A DNA stretch of 64,000 bases from Camelus dromedarius (GCF_036321535.1 NC_087436.1:56112001-56176000); one strand, 5' to 3'. Counted from the first letter of the stretch, positions 13,935 through 28,289 are shown. Notes: generated from the letters alone by a model not told the origin. Numbers and translations are program-made.

Positions 13935-14570
13935 GATGCTATCCTTGACATGCTCCATCATTCTCTGATATTTCTTAGGCTTTCAATTAAAAATCAATAT
14001 TTCTTGAATGTCAACTATGCATCTAGGGAATATACAAGTGAAAAAAAATATTTTTCCTGGCCTCGTATGAGAAAGGAGCATATCAGATAATTCTACATGC
14101 TCAGATCCAATTAGCCTCACCTCTCTCAGGCCCTTGCCCACTTGTTCTGCCTCAAACACCAGCAGGGGCTCCACCTCAGCCTCTTATGGGTGAGGACTAG
14201 AATAAAAATATCGTGAAGAGGCACTGAATATATATGTTGAGTTCTTTGTATTACTGTCCAGTATGTTTTATATCTTGTGTTTTTTTCCTAGCAGCTTCAG
14301 TTCTCCCTGCAAAGAGTGCTCTCTAATTTTTGCATGTGTAGTGCATTCAATAATTAACAAGTTAAAGCTCCCCCAATCAGAAAATATATTAAAAAGAAAA
14401 GAAAGAAAAATACCTCTAAGATTATATCTTAAGGAAAAATATTTCTATTAGTGAGAAAGTCATCTCTTAAAAAAAAAAAAAAAAAGGAAAACATCCAAAA
14501 CTCAGTTGATAAAAGAAGAAGGAAGACATCTGATGGCTATTTGGCTTTGGAGGTGATGCAGTTTGGCAGT

Positions 14571-15137
14571 TGTATTAGTTTCCTATTGCTGCAAAACAAA
14601 TTACCTTGAAAGTATTCAGCTTAAAATAGCACCCAACTACTGTCTCACAGTTTCTGCAGGTAAAGAGTTCAGGCATGGCTTACTTAGGTTCTTTGCTTAA
14701 GATCTCACCAGGCTGCAGTGCAGGTATCAGCCAGGGGTGAGTTCTTATCAGAGGCTCAATGGGGTGGGGAGGAAATCTACTTTTGGCTCCTACAGGTTGT
14801 TGGAATAATTCCTTTCCTTATGGCTATAGGACTAAGGGCCATATTTCTTTGCTGGCTATCAGTGAGGTCTGCTTTCAGCTCCTACCATCTTCCACAGAAC
14901 CTTACCACATGCCTCTCTCAGACCATGGCAGCCTACTTCTTCAAATCCAACATGGGGAGTCTCTATCTGCTAAGATAGAGTCTTTTGTAATGTAACCTAA
15001 TCATAGGAGAGGCATTCCATCACCTTTACTGTATTCTGCTGGTCAGAAGCAAGTCACAGGTTTCTCCTGCACTCAAGGAAAAGGGTATTATACAAGGATG
15101 TAAGTCATTGGTACCAGTTTAGGCCATGTCCACGACA
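14571..15137 (-). mobile_element. MaLR solo LTR (MLT1 family)
   Basis: Starts tgtattagtttcctattgctgc...aaattacc...cagcttaaa...tctcacagtttctgcagg, the reverse complement of an MLT1 LTR 3' end. Ends ...cacgaca. 5-bp TSD gcagt/acagt. Confidence 0.88.
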
Positions 15138-15156
15138 ACAGTTTTGTCCACTACAG

Positions 15157-15190
15157 TGTGTGTGTATGTTTGTGTGTATGTGTATGTGCG
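15157..15190. repeat. Imperfect (TG)n microsatellite
   Basis: tgtgtgtgtatgtttgtgtgtatgtgtatgtgcg. Confidence 0.8.
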
Positions 15191-15254
15191 TCACAAAGAT
15201 TGGTTACCTTTATCTGTAGCAATGTTAGGGATCAAATCCAATAATTGAAAAGTT

Positions 15255-15845
15255 AACCATTATTTCAGTAACTATATAAGTGGATATAGGCAGGCATTGT
15301 GGCAGTTAAGGATAAACAATGGAGACAGTCCCTATAGTTGATGAACATATACTCTAATGGGGAAGACTAATATTCAAAACAAACAAACAAAAGTCTTACT
15401 CTCATACATAATTACAGTCTCTAGTAAATGCTGGAAAGAAAAAGAGCAGGGTTCTCAGAAAAAGATTAGTGAAGAAACCCACTTGGAGGTTATGAGACAA
15501 TAATGAGAAAAAAGTACTCTGGATTTGGTGACCATGGCTTGCTTTCTTAAAGAAATGTCATTTGACCACCAATACAATGCCTAGAAGTTATTAAAGAGGA
15601 AGGAAAGAGAACTTTAGGTAGGAAGGAAAGTAGTGCAAAGGCCCTGAGGCAGGAAAAACTAAGCCCATCTGAGAGATTGGAAAATATCAGTGCGACTGAA
15701 AGTGATGCAGTGTGGATAGATGAGGATGGGGAGGTAAAGATGGGCTGCAGACCTTGAGGAGGATTTTACAGTTACCCTAAGTGCAGTGAGAATCCATTGA
15801 AGGGTTTTCAGCAGGGTAGTGACATGATCCAATTAGAAAACACTA
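15255..15845 (-). mobile_element. L2 LINE fragment
   Basis: gtgcaaaggccctgaggcaggaa...gaatccattgaagggttttcagcagggtagtgacatgatc. Confidence 0.75.
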
Positions 15846-16448
15846 ATGAAGAAAAAATATTTTGCATGGTTTTTTTATCCTCAGTAACTTAACAGGATTC
15901 TTGCCTATTGTATGCAATACAATGTCTTCTTGTGAAGTTGTTGACCAGGCTTCCCTGGTAGTCTCTAGGGAAGGCTCTACTTAAAGTAATTGCTACTTAA
16001 TCGTGTTTCATTTAACATTTTTAGAATACTGTTTTGACATGGTAATTCTTGTGTCTTAGTTTTTTTCTTATTTTATACTGATTGCATTTTTATTTTAGGG
16101 GCAAAACATTATAGGTGGCATACTTCTATTCTTATTTGTTATCCTAATTATGTTGAAGATGTTAGAAAGACCAGTGATATAAATAGCATGTTTAAAGTAA
16201 ACTGACCTTATTTTGGAAGATTTCAGTGGAGAAACCCAGAGCCTAAGTTCTGTATGTTTCTAGTATTATTCAGGAAATTCATGGAGTAAAATAATGTTTT
16301 CAGTTTCCTTTCAAGTAATAAACAGTATTTTTCCTGTGATTTTTATCTAATTAGTTCTAAAGCTGCATTTATATTTGAAAGCCTTCTGCAGCAACCTCAT
16401 TCCCACATAGAATTCACTGTTGGCAGAAAAAGGACACGCTGCTGAAGG

Positions 16449-16473
16449 TTTTTTTTTTTTTTTTTTTTTTTTT
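16449..16473. repeat. Poly(T) tract, about 25 nt
   Basis: Direct reading. Confidence 0.9.
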
Positions 16474-18269
16474 GCTACCAATTAAATAGCAAAAACCATC
16501 CCACTGAGAAAGCACAGACTAAACTTTATCTCATTAAGACAAAGTCCAGATGCCTTGTTTACTTGTGGTTGAAAATCAATGCCCTATTGTCTTCCATAAA
16601 TACATAACTTGCAACAGAAACAAGAAACAGGAGGTATGCATTCATTGCTTTGAATAAGCCAGTAGTTAAAATGCAAGTTTTTATTTTCAGACAGATAGTT
16701 TTAGCAAATCAGCAATGTTTTAGAATGATACAAACACAAAATAGGGAGAATCCTCTGCTATGGTAGAACTTTACTTACTGCCATGTGCCTAGGCTGACCC
16801 TTAAATAATCGTTGAATGAATGAATAAAGAGTGGTTGAATGAAGTTAGACTCCTGACTTGCAGCTACTATTCTCACTAATTTGGTAGACAGTTTGCAGAA
16901 TCTGGCAACCAGAATTGGGCAGGACTGGTATTGCAATTGGGGATGATGGTTTCTTGGTTGTAATTTTGGTTAAATTCTGAACGGATTCAATTACTCAGCA
17001 GTACAGAATACCTTTCATTAAAATTCTAGAGAAATAATTTCTTCTGATTAGCCAAGTCATTTTGATGACCCAAGTAAATGGTTTTGATTATAACCATGAA
17101 ATCCTTTATTTCAGTTTACATATGGTTAGTGATACAAATTTTCTTTCTGCCTTTTGGGAGCAAGGATATATGCTATCCACTATAGCATTCTACATAGGAA
17201 GCAAAAACAGCTACATTTGGCTAGTTCTTTTCAGGAAATTGTGTCCCAAGTGTGCGATAAAGATGCCAATTTTATGAACAGATTGTAGAACTGGACACAT
17301 TGAATTATGGAGATGGAGCAGAATGCAGACAATTAATAACACCACTGCTTTAAAATATAGATGAGAGTTTCAAAGAAGTGTTTTCAATAGTTGTCTCAGT
17401 GTTGTATGATGAGATGATCTCTACCCCCTGCTTCACACAGCTGATTTAAATATGTTTTATTCCCTGAAGTCCATGTCCAAACACTGTAAGGGCAGTAAAA
17501 GCTCATATGTTATTTCTTCAGTAGATGGACATTTGCCCAAGGAACTGAATTTTAAGTATGATACTGGGCACATCGTGTACATTCATGACCTAGGCATGCA
17601 GTGACATGAATAGACAAAATTCCTCAAAAGAGCTACTTCAGTTTCTACTTGTGGCATATTTTACCCAGTGTACTTTTTTCTATTTTGGAAGAATATATTT
17701 GGTGTTTATTTGAAAACTCATTGCTAGTGTAATGTCTAATGAAGAATCAAGAGAGATATAAAGAAAACAGTTTCTTTGTCTAGAGCATAATTAACTAAAT
17801 CCTTTAGGTACCTAAGTGTTTTCTTACCAAGTTTTCTCTAACATTACTATTTAAAAATCATTGATGGAATGAGATTAACAGGAAAACAAATATGAGTTCT
17901 CATAACCATACTTGTTTAGTTGAAAATAATACCAATTGGCAAAAATTTAAATACATCAATTTATTAACCTTGAAATTTGTTAGACTTTCTCACTTTGTGT
18001 AAAGCATTTATGTTTCTCAGAATCATGAATGGAACCTATTTTATATTCTTTAAGAAAATTCTTCTTGTTTCCCACTTGTCAAACCCCTGCTCTTCCTTTC
18101 TGTCCTCTTCTCTTCAGGGCACCCAGACAGCACACATAGGACTTCCCACCTTTCCTCTTTCTCCCATCGTTTCTATGGCACCCGGTCTCCCAGTTTCCCT
18201 GTCTGAATGCACTGAACCCATGGGCTCTGCCATAGATCCCAGCACAGGGTAGGTAGGAGATTGGTGAAT

Positions 18270-18480
18270 GTCAACGTCTTTAAGCTCTTTGGGCCTCAAC
18301 TCCCTTATCTGTAAAATGCGCATAATTATAATACGTACCTCACCAAGTATTTATGAAGATTAGATTAGCTGAATATAAACAAAATTAGTTGAATATAAAC
18401 AAAAATTAGTTAAATGTAACAGGTGAAGCACTTAAACAGAGCTTGGCACATAATATCATCATCGTCATCATCATCATTAC
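18270..18480 (+). mobile_element. MIR SINE containing a ~20-bp tandem triplication
   Basis: gggcctcaactcccttatctgtaaaatg core; attag(c/t)tgaatataaacaaa units at 18364-18419. Confidence 0.75.
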
Positions 18481-18564
18481 CCTTCTACAAATTTAAATAT
18501 GCATTAAAGTAGAGGTGTTTTCCTCTTTAAGAAAAGCAAATATAGGTTCTCTCTTTTTTCTCAT

Positions 18565-18755
18565 ATCATAGACTCATCAGATATTCCAGGGACCCTTGGA
18601 ATCATATACCTAACACCTTTGCTTTACAAGTGAGAAAAAAGGAGATCCAGAGAACTGGAATATCTTATCCAAGATCACATGGCCAGTGAGTGAGCACCAG
18701 ATCCTGAATCCAAGTGTGCTGATGTCAGGGGCTCAGCACTGTTTCCTGCACAGCA
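18565..18755 (-). mobile_element. MIR SINE
   Basis: tttacaagtgagaaa...cttatccaagatcacatggccagtgagtg. Confidence 0.7.
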
Positions 18756-19021
18756 GAATCTCTTCCTTTCCCTGTCGCTTCCCAGGGTCCTGAAGACACA
18801 AGCCCTCAGAGTCATATCCTGTGGATTTATCTTAAGCTGGAATTCCTTGCCCTATTTATCAGTTATCTGCTTATAATAGCCTGCAAGTTATTTCCTAGGG
18901 CTCTTACCACAGAGGCTGATTCAGAAAAATAAAGCAGCTGCTCCTAGATGAAATCAGAGCAACTGTGCTGCTCTGGAAGGTACCCACATGCTCACTCCCG
19001 GTCAGCGAGACAGAGACAGGA

Positions 19022-19172
19022 CACGGTCAGCTTCATGGGTGTCCCCTGGAAGGGCCCCAGGCTTAGCTGAATGCTGTGCTGTTGCTATCTTGAAATGCTT
19101 AGTATTTTTTTGAACAAGGAATCCCACATTTTCATGATCTCTTGGCCTCACAAATTATTTGGCCAGTTTCTA
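19022..19172. mobile_element. MER45A-like hAT-Tip100 MITE
   Basis: cagcttcatggg...gaagggcccc...aatgctgtgctgttgctatcttgaaat...tttgaacaagg...cacattttcat...cacaaattatttggccagt. Confidence 0.75.
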
Positions 19173-22100
19173 TGGAAGTAGTGGATCTTTGTGGTAAATC
19201 CCTGGGCACTCAGGAGACTTTAGATCTGCTTTGCATAGAAGGAACCAAGATGCAAAATTCAAGACTGTTAACCCACTCACCACCAACCCGCCTCCCCCCT
19301 GCACCCGCAATTAGTACTATAGCTGAGAACTGCATTTTCATTAAAGCAGCATGCTGTATTTTACTTTAAAAGAGAATTCCAGCCAAAGAAAAATAAAAAA
19401 AAAAACCCTGCTCTATGACAGCTGTACCCTTTGATAGGCCATGGAGGAAAGGAAGACTTAGAATTCTATAGGTTTAACCTGGACCAATTCCTCTCCAACT
19501 CTATTGAAAAGAACTTTGTTCTGATTTTTAAAAATAAAAATTGTGTTTTATATGTGAGAATAAAGTTAATCGTGTTTTATTAGAATCTGTACAAAAGAAA
19601 AAGGATTTTACTGTGATGAAGGTCAGCATTTTAACCATCCACTTGAATGAATGACTGTATTAGAAAAGTAAGGTAGTAACTAAAAAAAATCACGAATGTA
19701 CATTGCCAAAAGGCAAGTGACTTTGGATCCAATCAGCAGTCGGTTAGCATTTCGAGGCAGACAACACATAGAGCTCAAAGTCATAGTCTGTGGTACAAGA
19801 GGCCACGTTTACACTGGTGTAAAGAGAGGCTTGCCCAGATGACCTGGCCACCGTGGAGGGAGCCTCCAAACCAGTTAGCTCCTGGGCAGAGAGGAGGGCT
19901 GAGGATGCAAACTGGTGGGAAATGGGGGGGGGGGGGGCTCACTGTGGATCTTTGCCCTTTGAATTAATTCTGGTTGACCTACTTGAGCAATGACTGAGGA
20001 ATTTCTGATTCAGTTTGCCCTGATCTATCCCCCGGTGAGCACGGGCTTGTTATTTTTTAATGAAACCATTTTCACAGCCTGTTGTTTTAGGTGTCAGCAA
20101 CAGAAGGGAGTTTATTTTTTTGCTTCTTATTTCCTTTTTTCATCAGTTCTTCTAGTGCTATTTATGCTGCTGCACTGCTTTGAACCAGCATCTTTCTGCA
20201 AAGTGCACTTTCTAGCAAACAGCTGGATAACACTAGCAAAGGATAAAAATAATCCCACATAATGACAGAAGTGGAAAAAATATAGCAAATACCTTTTTAG
20301 AATTATGACTGTATATTTCTGTCATCCCTTCTGATTTATGTAAAGAAATCTGTTGGGAGGTACTTGTCCCAGCATTGAACTTTTCTGCCCAACTCATAGC
20401 CTATCTCTGGAAATCAGTGGAAAAATAGTACTTTATATTTTTTGCTGATAAGGTGAATGCGGTTTATTTATTCCAGTTTTCATCCTTTGGCAGAGTTAGT
20501 AAAGGTCAGTCTTTGTTCTACCAAGAGGAGTTTTCCAATTAGAAACATTTTGTTCATAGTGTAAGGGGGGACTGACTGCACAGTTAGCTCCTCCTGGTTT
20601 GTGAGATTTCATTACCGCCTTTCAAAAATTGCTTTAGTAGGACTGAAGGTGCCTTCACAAATTATTCATAAACTTCAGGAGTGGACAGAAGTCTCAGTTA
20701 GATAGTTAGAAAGCAGCTGGGTACAGAAGTCAAGCTCAGCTAACTCTTAAAATAAAACAAACGGAGTAGCAATACTGCAGAGAATAGCAGATTTATTTCA
20801 CTGTGTCAGGATGAGCTTCGGTCCATCAAAGCACCACTAAGGACAATGCATTAACAATACTTAGTACAGGTTTGCAGATAAGATGTCCTTAGCTACCCAG
20901 CCGGACATCTTCATTTGTTTTTCTATTTCTTAATAAAACTATCAGATAATAGATTTTCAAAACTGAGTGCCATTATCATAACTTTAATCTTATTTACATT
21001 CAGAACTGTCCTCCAGGTTTGATGCCTAGAGGAGAGACATATAGTAAACTATCTTTAAAAAAACAGATAATTTAGTAATTGCTTTTTGAATTCTATTTTT
21101 AAAGCAGCTATAATTTATGGAATAGCTGGCTATAATAAAACATCAGAAAAATGGTCATTTTAGGTTTTTAATTTCATGTGAGTAACTATCAGTGTGCTAA
21201 ACATTCTCCACACAAACAGGGCAAAATTATGCTCATGTCCGTATTTCAGGGGTGGGGGTTGGCAGGCCACAGAAATAATATTCTCATTTAATATTTAGAA
21301 GCAACAAAAAAATTAGAGATTTGGAAATGTTAGTATTGCACAATGGAACTTCCTAATCAAGGGCAGAGTGTCAGTTGGAGTAACTCTAGTTTGGAAGATA
21401 CTTCAAGAGAACCTTAAGATATGATAAGTGTCCTGTGGGGTTCTCACTTCAGTTCACAGAGTTGCCGTAAGCATTTTAAAGGAAGAGTCTTTTGCTTCCT
21501 TTCTTGATATCCTCTCCACCCCACCCCCTCTACCTTGATTCCTCCAACAGTGTTCTACATTTCAGGGAGGATGATCAGGTTGCAGAAGTTCCATCTTGGA
21601 AAATTCACAATACTTTCACTCATTCAACATTTTGTTTTGTCCTTTGCCCTCCTTAAAATAGTAACTCCTGATCTATTGGTGTGGGGGAGGTAACATTGCC
21701 ATCAACAGGCATGACTGTTAGATTCCCCTGAAGCATCTAACTCCTCCATCTGCCCTACTCCCACCTTGCATTTTTCTCATGAGGTGACACGTAATAGAAA
21801 AGCAGTGTAATAAATCCAAGCCTGTGACTTACTGTATTTCCCCAAGGGTAGGGATCCCTTCTGTTTCCTTTCTCTTTTGTTTCCAGGTTAAAGGGTGCAT
21901 TTGTGGACATCTAATACCATGCATGCTGATCTGAAGGAATTTCCCCAGGGGAATGTGAGATGTATATATCTTATTTATAGTCTCCTGGGAGATTTTCACT
22001 TTTAGATAGTCACAATTAAATCAATATAGCCTCAGTCCTTCTGAACCAGTGGTACATGTTTAGCTGAATTCGTTTATAAAACATCTGCTAAATTGAAATT

Positions 22101-22919
22101 CTCTTATTTTCTATCTTGTGACACTTTTAATCACCTTGCAGTGATAATATTTTTATGGTAAAATAGTCTGTTGGAAAAGTGTTTGGATAATTCAGACTCT
22201 TTTAAAAACTGCTCTGCCAGTTGTTTAAATTTTGCCAAAATGTGTACCATTTTTAAACTAATTAATGACTAATCATTTACTGGAATGCTTTCTCTTAGCC
22301 TAATAAATAATATCTGTTATACAGTTATTTTCTACTGAGTCATGGAAAATGTTAGAAATAACTGTATAATTACTCAATAATGAAGCAGGTTTCTGAGGGG
22401 AGAAGGTCCTTTGTTAAAAATTAGGTGAATTTTTAAGTGATTCAATTCTTCTAGGCCTTAAAGATACATTTCTGTGGGGAAAAAATCATTTATTTTTCAA
22501 TCTACATTAGAAAATGTTATAAGTACCTATTACAGACTACTTTTTTCCCTCACAAAGATGGCTCACAAAAACAAACAAAAAAAGAAAAACATAGTTCACA
22601 TCATAGTTTGTATGACATGATAATTGAAAAAAATTAAGAGATTTGTCATCATTAAAATAGTTATGACACTGCCTACCAAATAGTTTTAATCCACATTTAA
22701 TAGACAGTCTCACTGAGTTCTAATAGTTTACATATAAAATAAGCAATGTCGACAGTAAAAGAAAAGGAGAGTGCAAGATGTATTTGAAAGAAATGACAGT
22801 TATCTGACTGTCTAGCTCATCTGTTGTAAATGATTTAATATATGAAAATTGTTCAGTGTAACTTCTGTGACTGTCAGAAAATGACAATCAGTATAATATA
22901 CTGGAGAGTGATTTCGATC

Positions 22920-23250
22920 ACTTGTAGTCCCAGGCTCCACAGTTTCTAAAAATGTGTCAGTTTGGAGGATGTTTAGCCACTTTGCACCTCAGATTTCTCC
23001 TCAGTAAAAAAGGGTTAAAAATCCCGTCACCAGGTTGTTGTGAATTAAATATGGAAGGTGCTATGTAAATGAAAGCATTCTGTTAGAGTTAGCTTTTTAG
23101 AATCCATTTAGAATCACCAACTTTTAGAGCTAATAGAAGCTTTTGGAGATAAAGAGCCTCCCCATCTCCATTTGGGAAATGGAAGAACAGGTAGTGATCT
23201 TGCTCCTTGTCACACAGGACTTGGATCTCAATTTAGACCTCTTGACACAC
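22920..23250. mobile_element. Two adjacent MIR fragments (+ then -)
   Basis: cctcagatttctcctcagtaaaa (+); ccatttgggaaatggaagaac...gtcacacag (-). Confidence 0.55.
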
Positions 23251-23791
23251 CGAGGTCTCTCATTTGTTTACTTGTGTATTTATTTGTTTTGTCTGATTAT
23301 ATCTACCTTTAGAATGTAGCCCAAAGGATAGAATGCCATTGGGGTTATTAAGAAGTGTAGGGTAATAACGATCTCTTTTGAAAATGTAGACTCCAAGAAT
23401 GAGAATGCTGTAGAGATTTCTTCAGTTGCATCCTCCCTTGTTTAGAAGTTCCAGAAAATGTGCCTGTTTTTGAACATGTTGGAAATGTACCTTGCCTGGC
23501 TAGTTTCCAGCTAAACTTTTTACTAAATCGTGGCTTTAACCCACCAGTGGTGTCTGGAACAATGGAATGAACTAGGTATCCCATGGAGTCTCCCAGTCTC
23601 CCTTTTATTTGAGATTATTTAATCTCTTGCTGGGTCTACTTAATAAAGAATCAGAATGATGCTTCTTACTGTCCAACAACCAGATTGGAGATTATGACTG
23701 GGAAACAATGTTGTCATTTTCATAATGTTGGGGGCACACATTTAAACTGTTTTCAAGACAAGCAATGGACTTTCAACTTTACCTTCTAGAA

Positions 23792-24256
23792 CAGCTCTAT
23801 CCAATAGAACTATACTATACACTGAATATGTAATTTAAAATTTCTTGTAGTCACACCAAAAAAGTAAAAAGAAGCAGTGTTAAAATTATCTTAACATGAT
23901 TTTTAACTCATTATATCTAAAATATCATTTCAATGTGTAATCAATATTTTAAAACTATTAATGAGATATTTTACATTCCCTTTTTTAAATGTCTTTGAAA
24001 TCTAGTGTGTATTTGGTACTCACAGCACATCTTAATTCAGATGCTAAATTTTCATTGGAAGCACCTGATCTGTACTTGAATTCATTAAATTTGCATTTGA
24101 AAAAATAACTTTACATACTTAAGCTGTTCCAGAGATACTTAAATTGTTTTCTTCAATAACTGAATTGAGTATCAGTTCAGTTTGTCAGTTAATTAGCCAA
24201 ATTTCAAGCGATTGATAGCCATGTGGAGCTAGTGGCTACCATAAAGGATAGCACAG
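23792..24256. mobile_element. hAT-Charlie element (Charlie1b/MER33-like)
   Basis: Termini cagctctatccaatag ... gctagtggctaccataaaggatagcacag. Flank ttctagaa fits the Charlie nTCTAGAn target. Confidence 0.8.
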
Positions 24257-24894
24257 TTCAGAAGCCTGTGTAATGCTCTTGTTTTATCATATCTCCATGT
24301 ATATGGGAGGGAAAAAAATGTCAAAAATCCGTCTATCTAGCTACTTAATTTTGTTTCATTGACTAGTGCTTTATTTTGTTATACAAACACCTTCCCCACA
24401 CTTTCTGTAGTGAGTACTTGGATTTTCCTTTTCATACTGAATAGTAAAGCGTTCATTATAAGCACGGATGGGAAGATAAATGTTGGGAAATTGCCTTAAC
24501 TGTGACTGTTAGTACTTGAATTGACCAGATTTCCTCTCCAACAGCTTTGAATGCTTTGTGGGTTTGTAAAACTGTGTGCCCTGCTTCATAAATACTTTCA
24601 GTGTAACCTGCTTTGTTTCACTTGATTGCTCTAGTATGGTTAAGGACAAATGCTTTGGAATAATAACAGACCTACCAAATTGCCAACTGGGAGATCCAGG
24701 AAGTATGCTGAGGGAGGCTTTTTGCAGCATTTTCTGTACCTGGCAAAACGTTTTAGAGAAAATGTTTGACTTCACTATGGACTCTTAACCGGTAGATTCT
24801 AGAAAATACTTCTTTATATAGTATATTGGCTTGTTAATTAGCATTACTCTTAAAAATTAGTGTTCTGGGGCTGTGCAGAGGAACTGAGAGTATG

Positions 24895-25115
24895 GCTGGT
24901 GGGTGAGACTGGCTGTGTTTGTATCATGATTCCACTACTTATAAATTATGTGAATTTGTGCAAAGTTACCTCATCTTTCCAGGCCGTAGTTTTCTCTTTC
25001 TAGGATGAAGCTGGGAATTGGATCTACTTAATGGGGTTGTGAGAGAATCAAGTGAGAATATACCCTGAGCCCTGTGCCGGGCGCAGAGTCAGCGCTCAGG
25101 GTATGAATTGTTACT
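24895..25115 (+). mobile_element. MIR SINE
   Basis: tccactacttataaattatgtgaatttgtgcaaagttacctc...ggggttgtgagagaatcaagtgagaata. Confidence 0.7.
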
Positions 25116-28100
25116 GCACAAGACCGCTAGCACTATAGGCGTTGTCACACTTTAAACCCATCTCCAAAGGTTAAAAAGAGGAACAGCAAATGCTGTACAT
25201 GGCCTTGGTGAAGTAAAGGCAAAGGATAATAATTCTGAAGCGTGGACTATCAAAGTTGAGAGTCTACAGTTGCATTTTTTGTTGTTGTTTTTCTTTTAAA
25301 TGAGTGTGCAAGCTCTTTCTCCCCAGAAGCAAAAGGAATTGTTTATTAGTATCACTGTGAAATTTTTGCTTTTCCTACCTGTTCCAAGATGACGAGTTTG
25401 CATTTGTTTTGAAACAAGACTTTATAAACAAACTCTCGAAAATGATTCTATGAATAATAGATCAGACTTTTAATCAAGGTATGGTTTTATGTTCTGAAAA
25501 TTATAGCAAAGATAAACATTATGAGGTACACTTGCTAGTGTTATGTAGTGCCAGATTGGCAAATTACTGTACTTTTTTGCTGTCCTATTATTGTTGTTGG
25601 TGGTGGTTGTGTTTTAATTTACATCATCCTTCATGTGCCTCAGCTCGTATTTCTCAGAACTCTTTTCTGTATTATTATTATTAATGTGGCATGTGTAATG
25701 TTTATAGTGTTTGCATAAAAATAGATCATCCCTGGTAGGTAGTTTTCAGTGTTTAAAACAAATGTGCTTACTCACTGAATATGAAAAATATCCTTCTGGA
25801 ACAAACACAGAATCATCCGTCTCTTGAACAGAATTCTTATGGGCTTTGCTTATCCACATAACTGCCATGAAAACATAGCTTGGAAATCATTCCCATACTT
25901 TTGGGGAGCAGTCAATCATTTAGGCAGTTTCCACTGAACAGCAGAATCCTTGATATAATCAAGTTATTACTAGTAAAAACATTTTAGGAAGGAGGGGGTC
26001 TTTGTCAGCTAAAGCGAAAACCTACACTGAACTGATGTTGAAGATGCATTATCACAGGCAAAAAAAAGATCTTACTTTGCTCTTTGACAGAGTTAGTTAT
26101 AAAAGTTCATAGTCAGGTCAGCAAAAGCGGAAACACAGGATTTTAGAATATATTTGGCATTATTTTTTAAACCATTAATACTGAGTTGTTAGCTTTGCAT
26201 GTGGATGAAGTTTTAGAATACTTTTTTCTTCCATTTTAAGAGTGGAACTAAGTCAGAAAGTGGCACAGAATTAGAAATGTCAGTATATTTAATTTGAAGT
26301 ATGGCTGTTTATTCTTAAAGATACTTAATTCAAACAAATAGGGCACCATGTCCTATGAAACATGAACATTTTTTAAAAAATATTATTTCTTTGTGAGTTA
26401 GAATACATATTTTTCTCCCATATTTGAATTAATATTCTTTAAATCTGACATTTATGTGAGGAGTGAAAGAGAAATAACTGTATCTAGAGGACCAGTGTTT
26501 ACACACTATCATGAATGTCCAAGCCTTGATAATATGCCTTGTATTTTGCTGACATCTTATGTAGGTTTCTAATTCTTCATTATAATCCATATGAATGTCC
26601 ACTAAGATCCACAAGGAGATCCTTATGGAGAGAAAAGAAGTACTTTACTCATTAAACTAAGTATAAGAGGAGCACAAGATAAGGACCATTTTGGTGAGAA
26701 CTGAGAAGAGCTCGAGCATCTGCCCTTCCCAACAAGGCAAGGACATGGCCACGATGTCTCCTGCTGTCAACATTCTTGTCCCCAAGACAGACTAGCAAGT
26801 CACAGCCCTGCAGAGTTTGTTGGTTTTTGTTAAAGAGAATACCACTATAAGGGAGATGTGAGACCATCTGCATCCCAAAGAATAAACAGGCATTAGACAG
26901 AGAAGGACAGAGGGCCTCTGGTAAAGACAGTGGGATGATCAAAGGCATTCATGTCCAAATTATTCCACTGTGTTAAGTGTGCTCAGAAGAAATATTTGAG
27001 TGCATCGAAAGATGAGTGCTATAGTAAGGAAGGAGGTAAGACTGAAGAAAATATGGAGACATAAATGCTCGACCAGCGATACATGCAGAAAGTGTACCTG
27101 GGCATAATGGTAGTGTCAAAGAAACAAGTTAGAAATTGGTTGTGATAATGAAAGAGTGAGCTAGGGGGGAGTTAAGAAACAGGTGGGAGAAACATTAGAG
27201 AAATTACAGGGAGAGACATTGCAAGTTATGTTGGATGGTTAGAAATGAGTCAGGCTGAGTTTCAGAATGGGTACCACCAGTTACAGTAACTCTTTATGTA
27301 GAGAGAATGTTAGGTGGCTTTTGAAGAGGACTGAGGCTTTTTGATGTTTCAACTTTGTATAAACTTGATTCACTCCTTGACCAACTTTTAGGTTTGGGGT
27401 TATGCAACGATTGTCATCCTAAATAGAGCCTGATTTTTCTCAGGTCGTTACTAAAATATGGGCAAAGAAGAGAATTCTGGGCATATCAGAGCTCAAAAAT
27501 ATATTAAATAAAAAATAAGATTAACGTAGTTTATTTCTTAAACATGTGTAATCTGGAGTTGTTATTATAGGGCTGGACCTTCAGCCACTGGCCGGCACTG
27601 GAGATAAAATTTGGATAGCCATCAGCAAAAAGAATCATTTTGTTGTAAGAATATATAGACTGGCAAGTTTATAAGCACTTTTTGTTTCTTCTATCTCATG
27701 TAGAAAACCATCAGCAGTGGAAACTTGTGACACTCAGTTTCAGAACCCTGGAGTAATACACTGTGCTATTAAAATTCCTCTATGTTCTATAGTTCTATGA
27801 AGTATCATTGAAAATCATTTGGCTTGAGTTCTTACTTGTTTAGTGATGATAAAAATGAATTTTAATGAAAATATAAATTTTTTACAAGAACAAAATGAAA
27901 TTGAGCAGTACAACATTATATGTTCTTCTATCCTCCTGCAAATTGTTGTCTACAATTTTACAAGTATGAGCAGTTTAACACATCTACACAGTGGAGAAAA
28001 CAAACAGCACAGTTTGTTTTCAGAGCATGTTTGAAATAAAACGAAGTCTTTATGTGCCTGAAAAATTTTTCGTTCTTTAATTGAGAGTTTACAAAGCACT

Positions 28101-28289
28101 GAAAGAAGGCCTAATATAAACAGGGACCCATGAATTGTTCCAGTGGTTAAAGACTTCTCACTTTGCTCTGGGAGATCTCCCACTGCCACTTCCACATGGG
28201 CTCCAGACCTCCCTCGGGGCATGAATACAATGTGAGGGAACTCATCACCCTACTCCCCTCTTTAAACTCTGTCCTTTTCTTACATCCTC

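Noticed and set aside
21887..21954. Strong-looking acceptor (tctcttttgtttccag) with a downstream gtgaga donor
   Set aside because: Stop codons in all three frames; no support as a coding exon.
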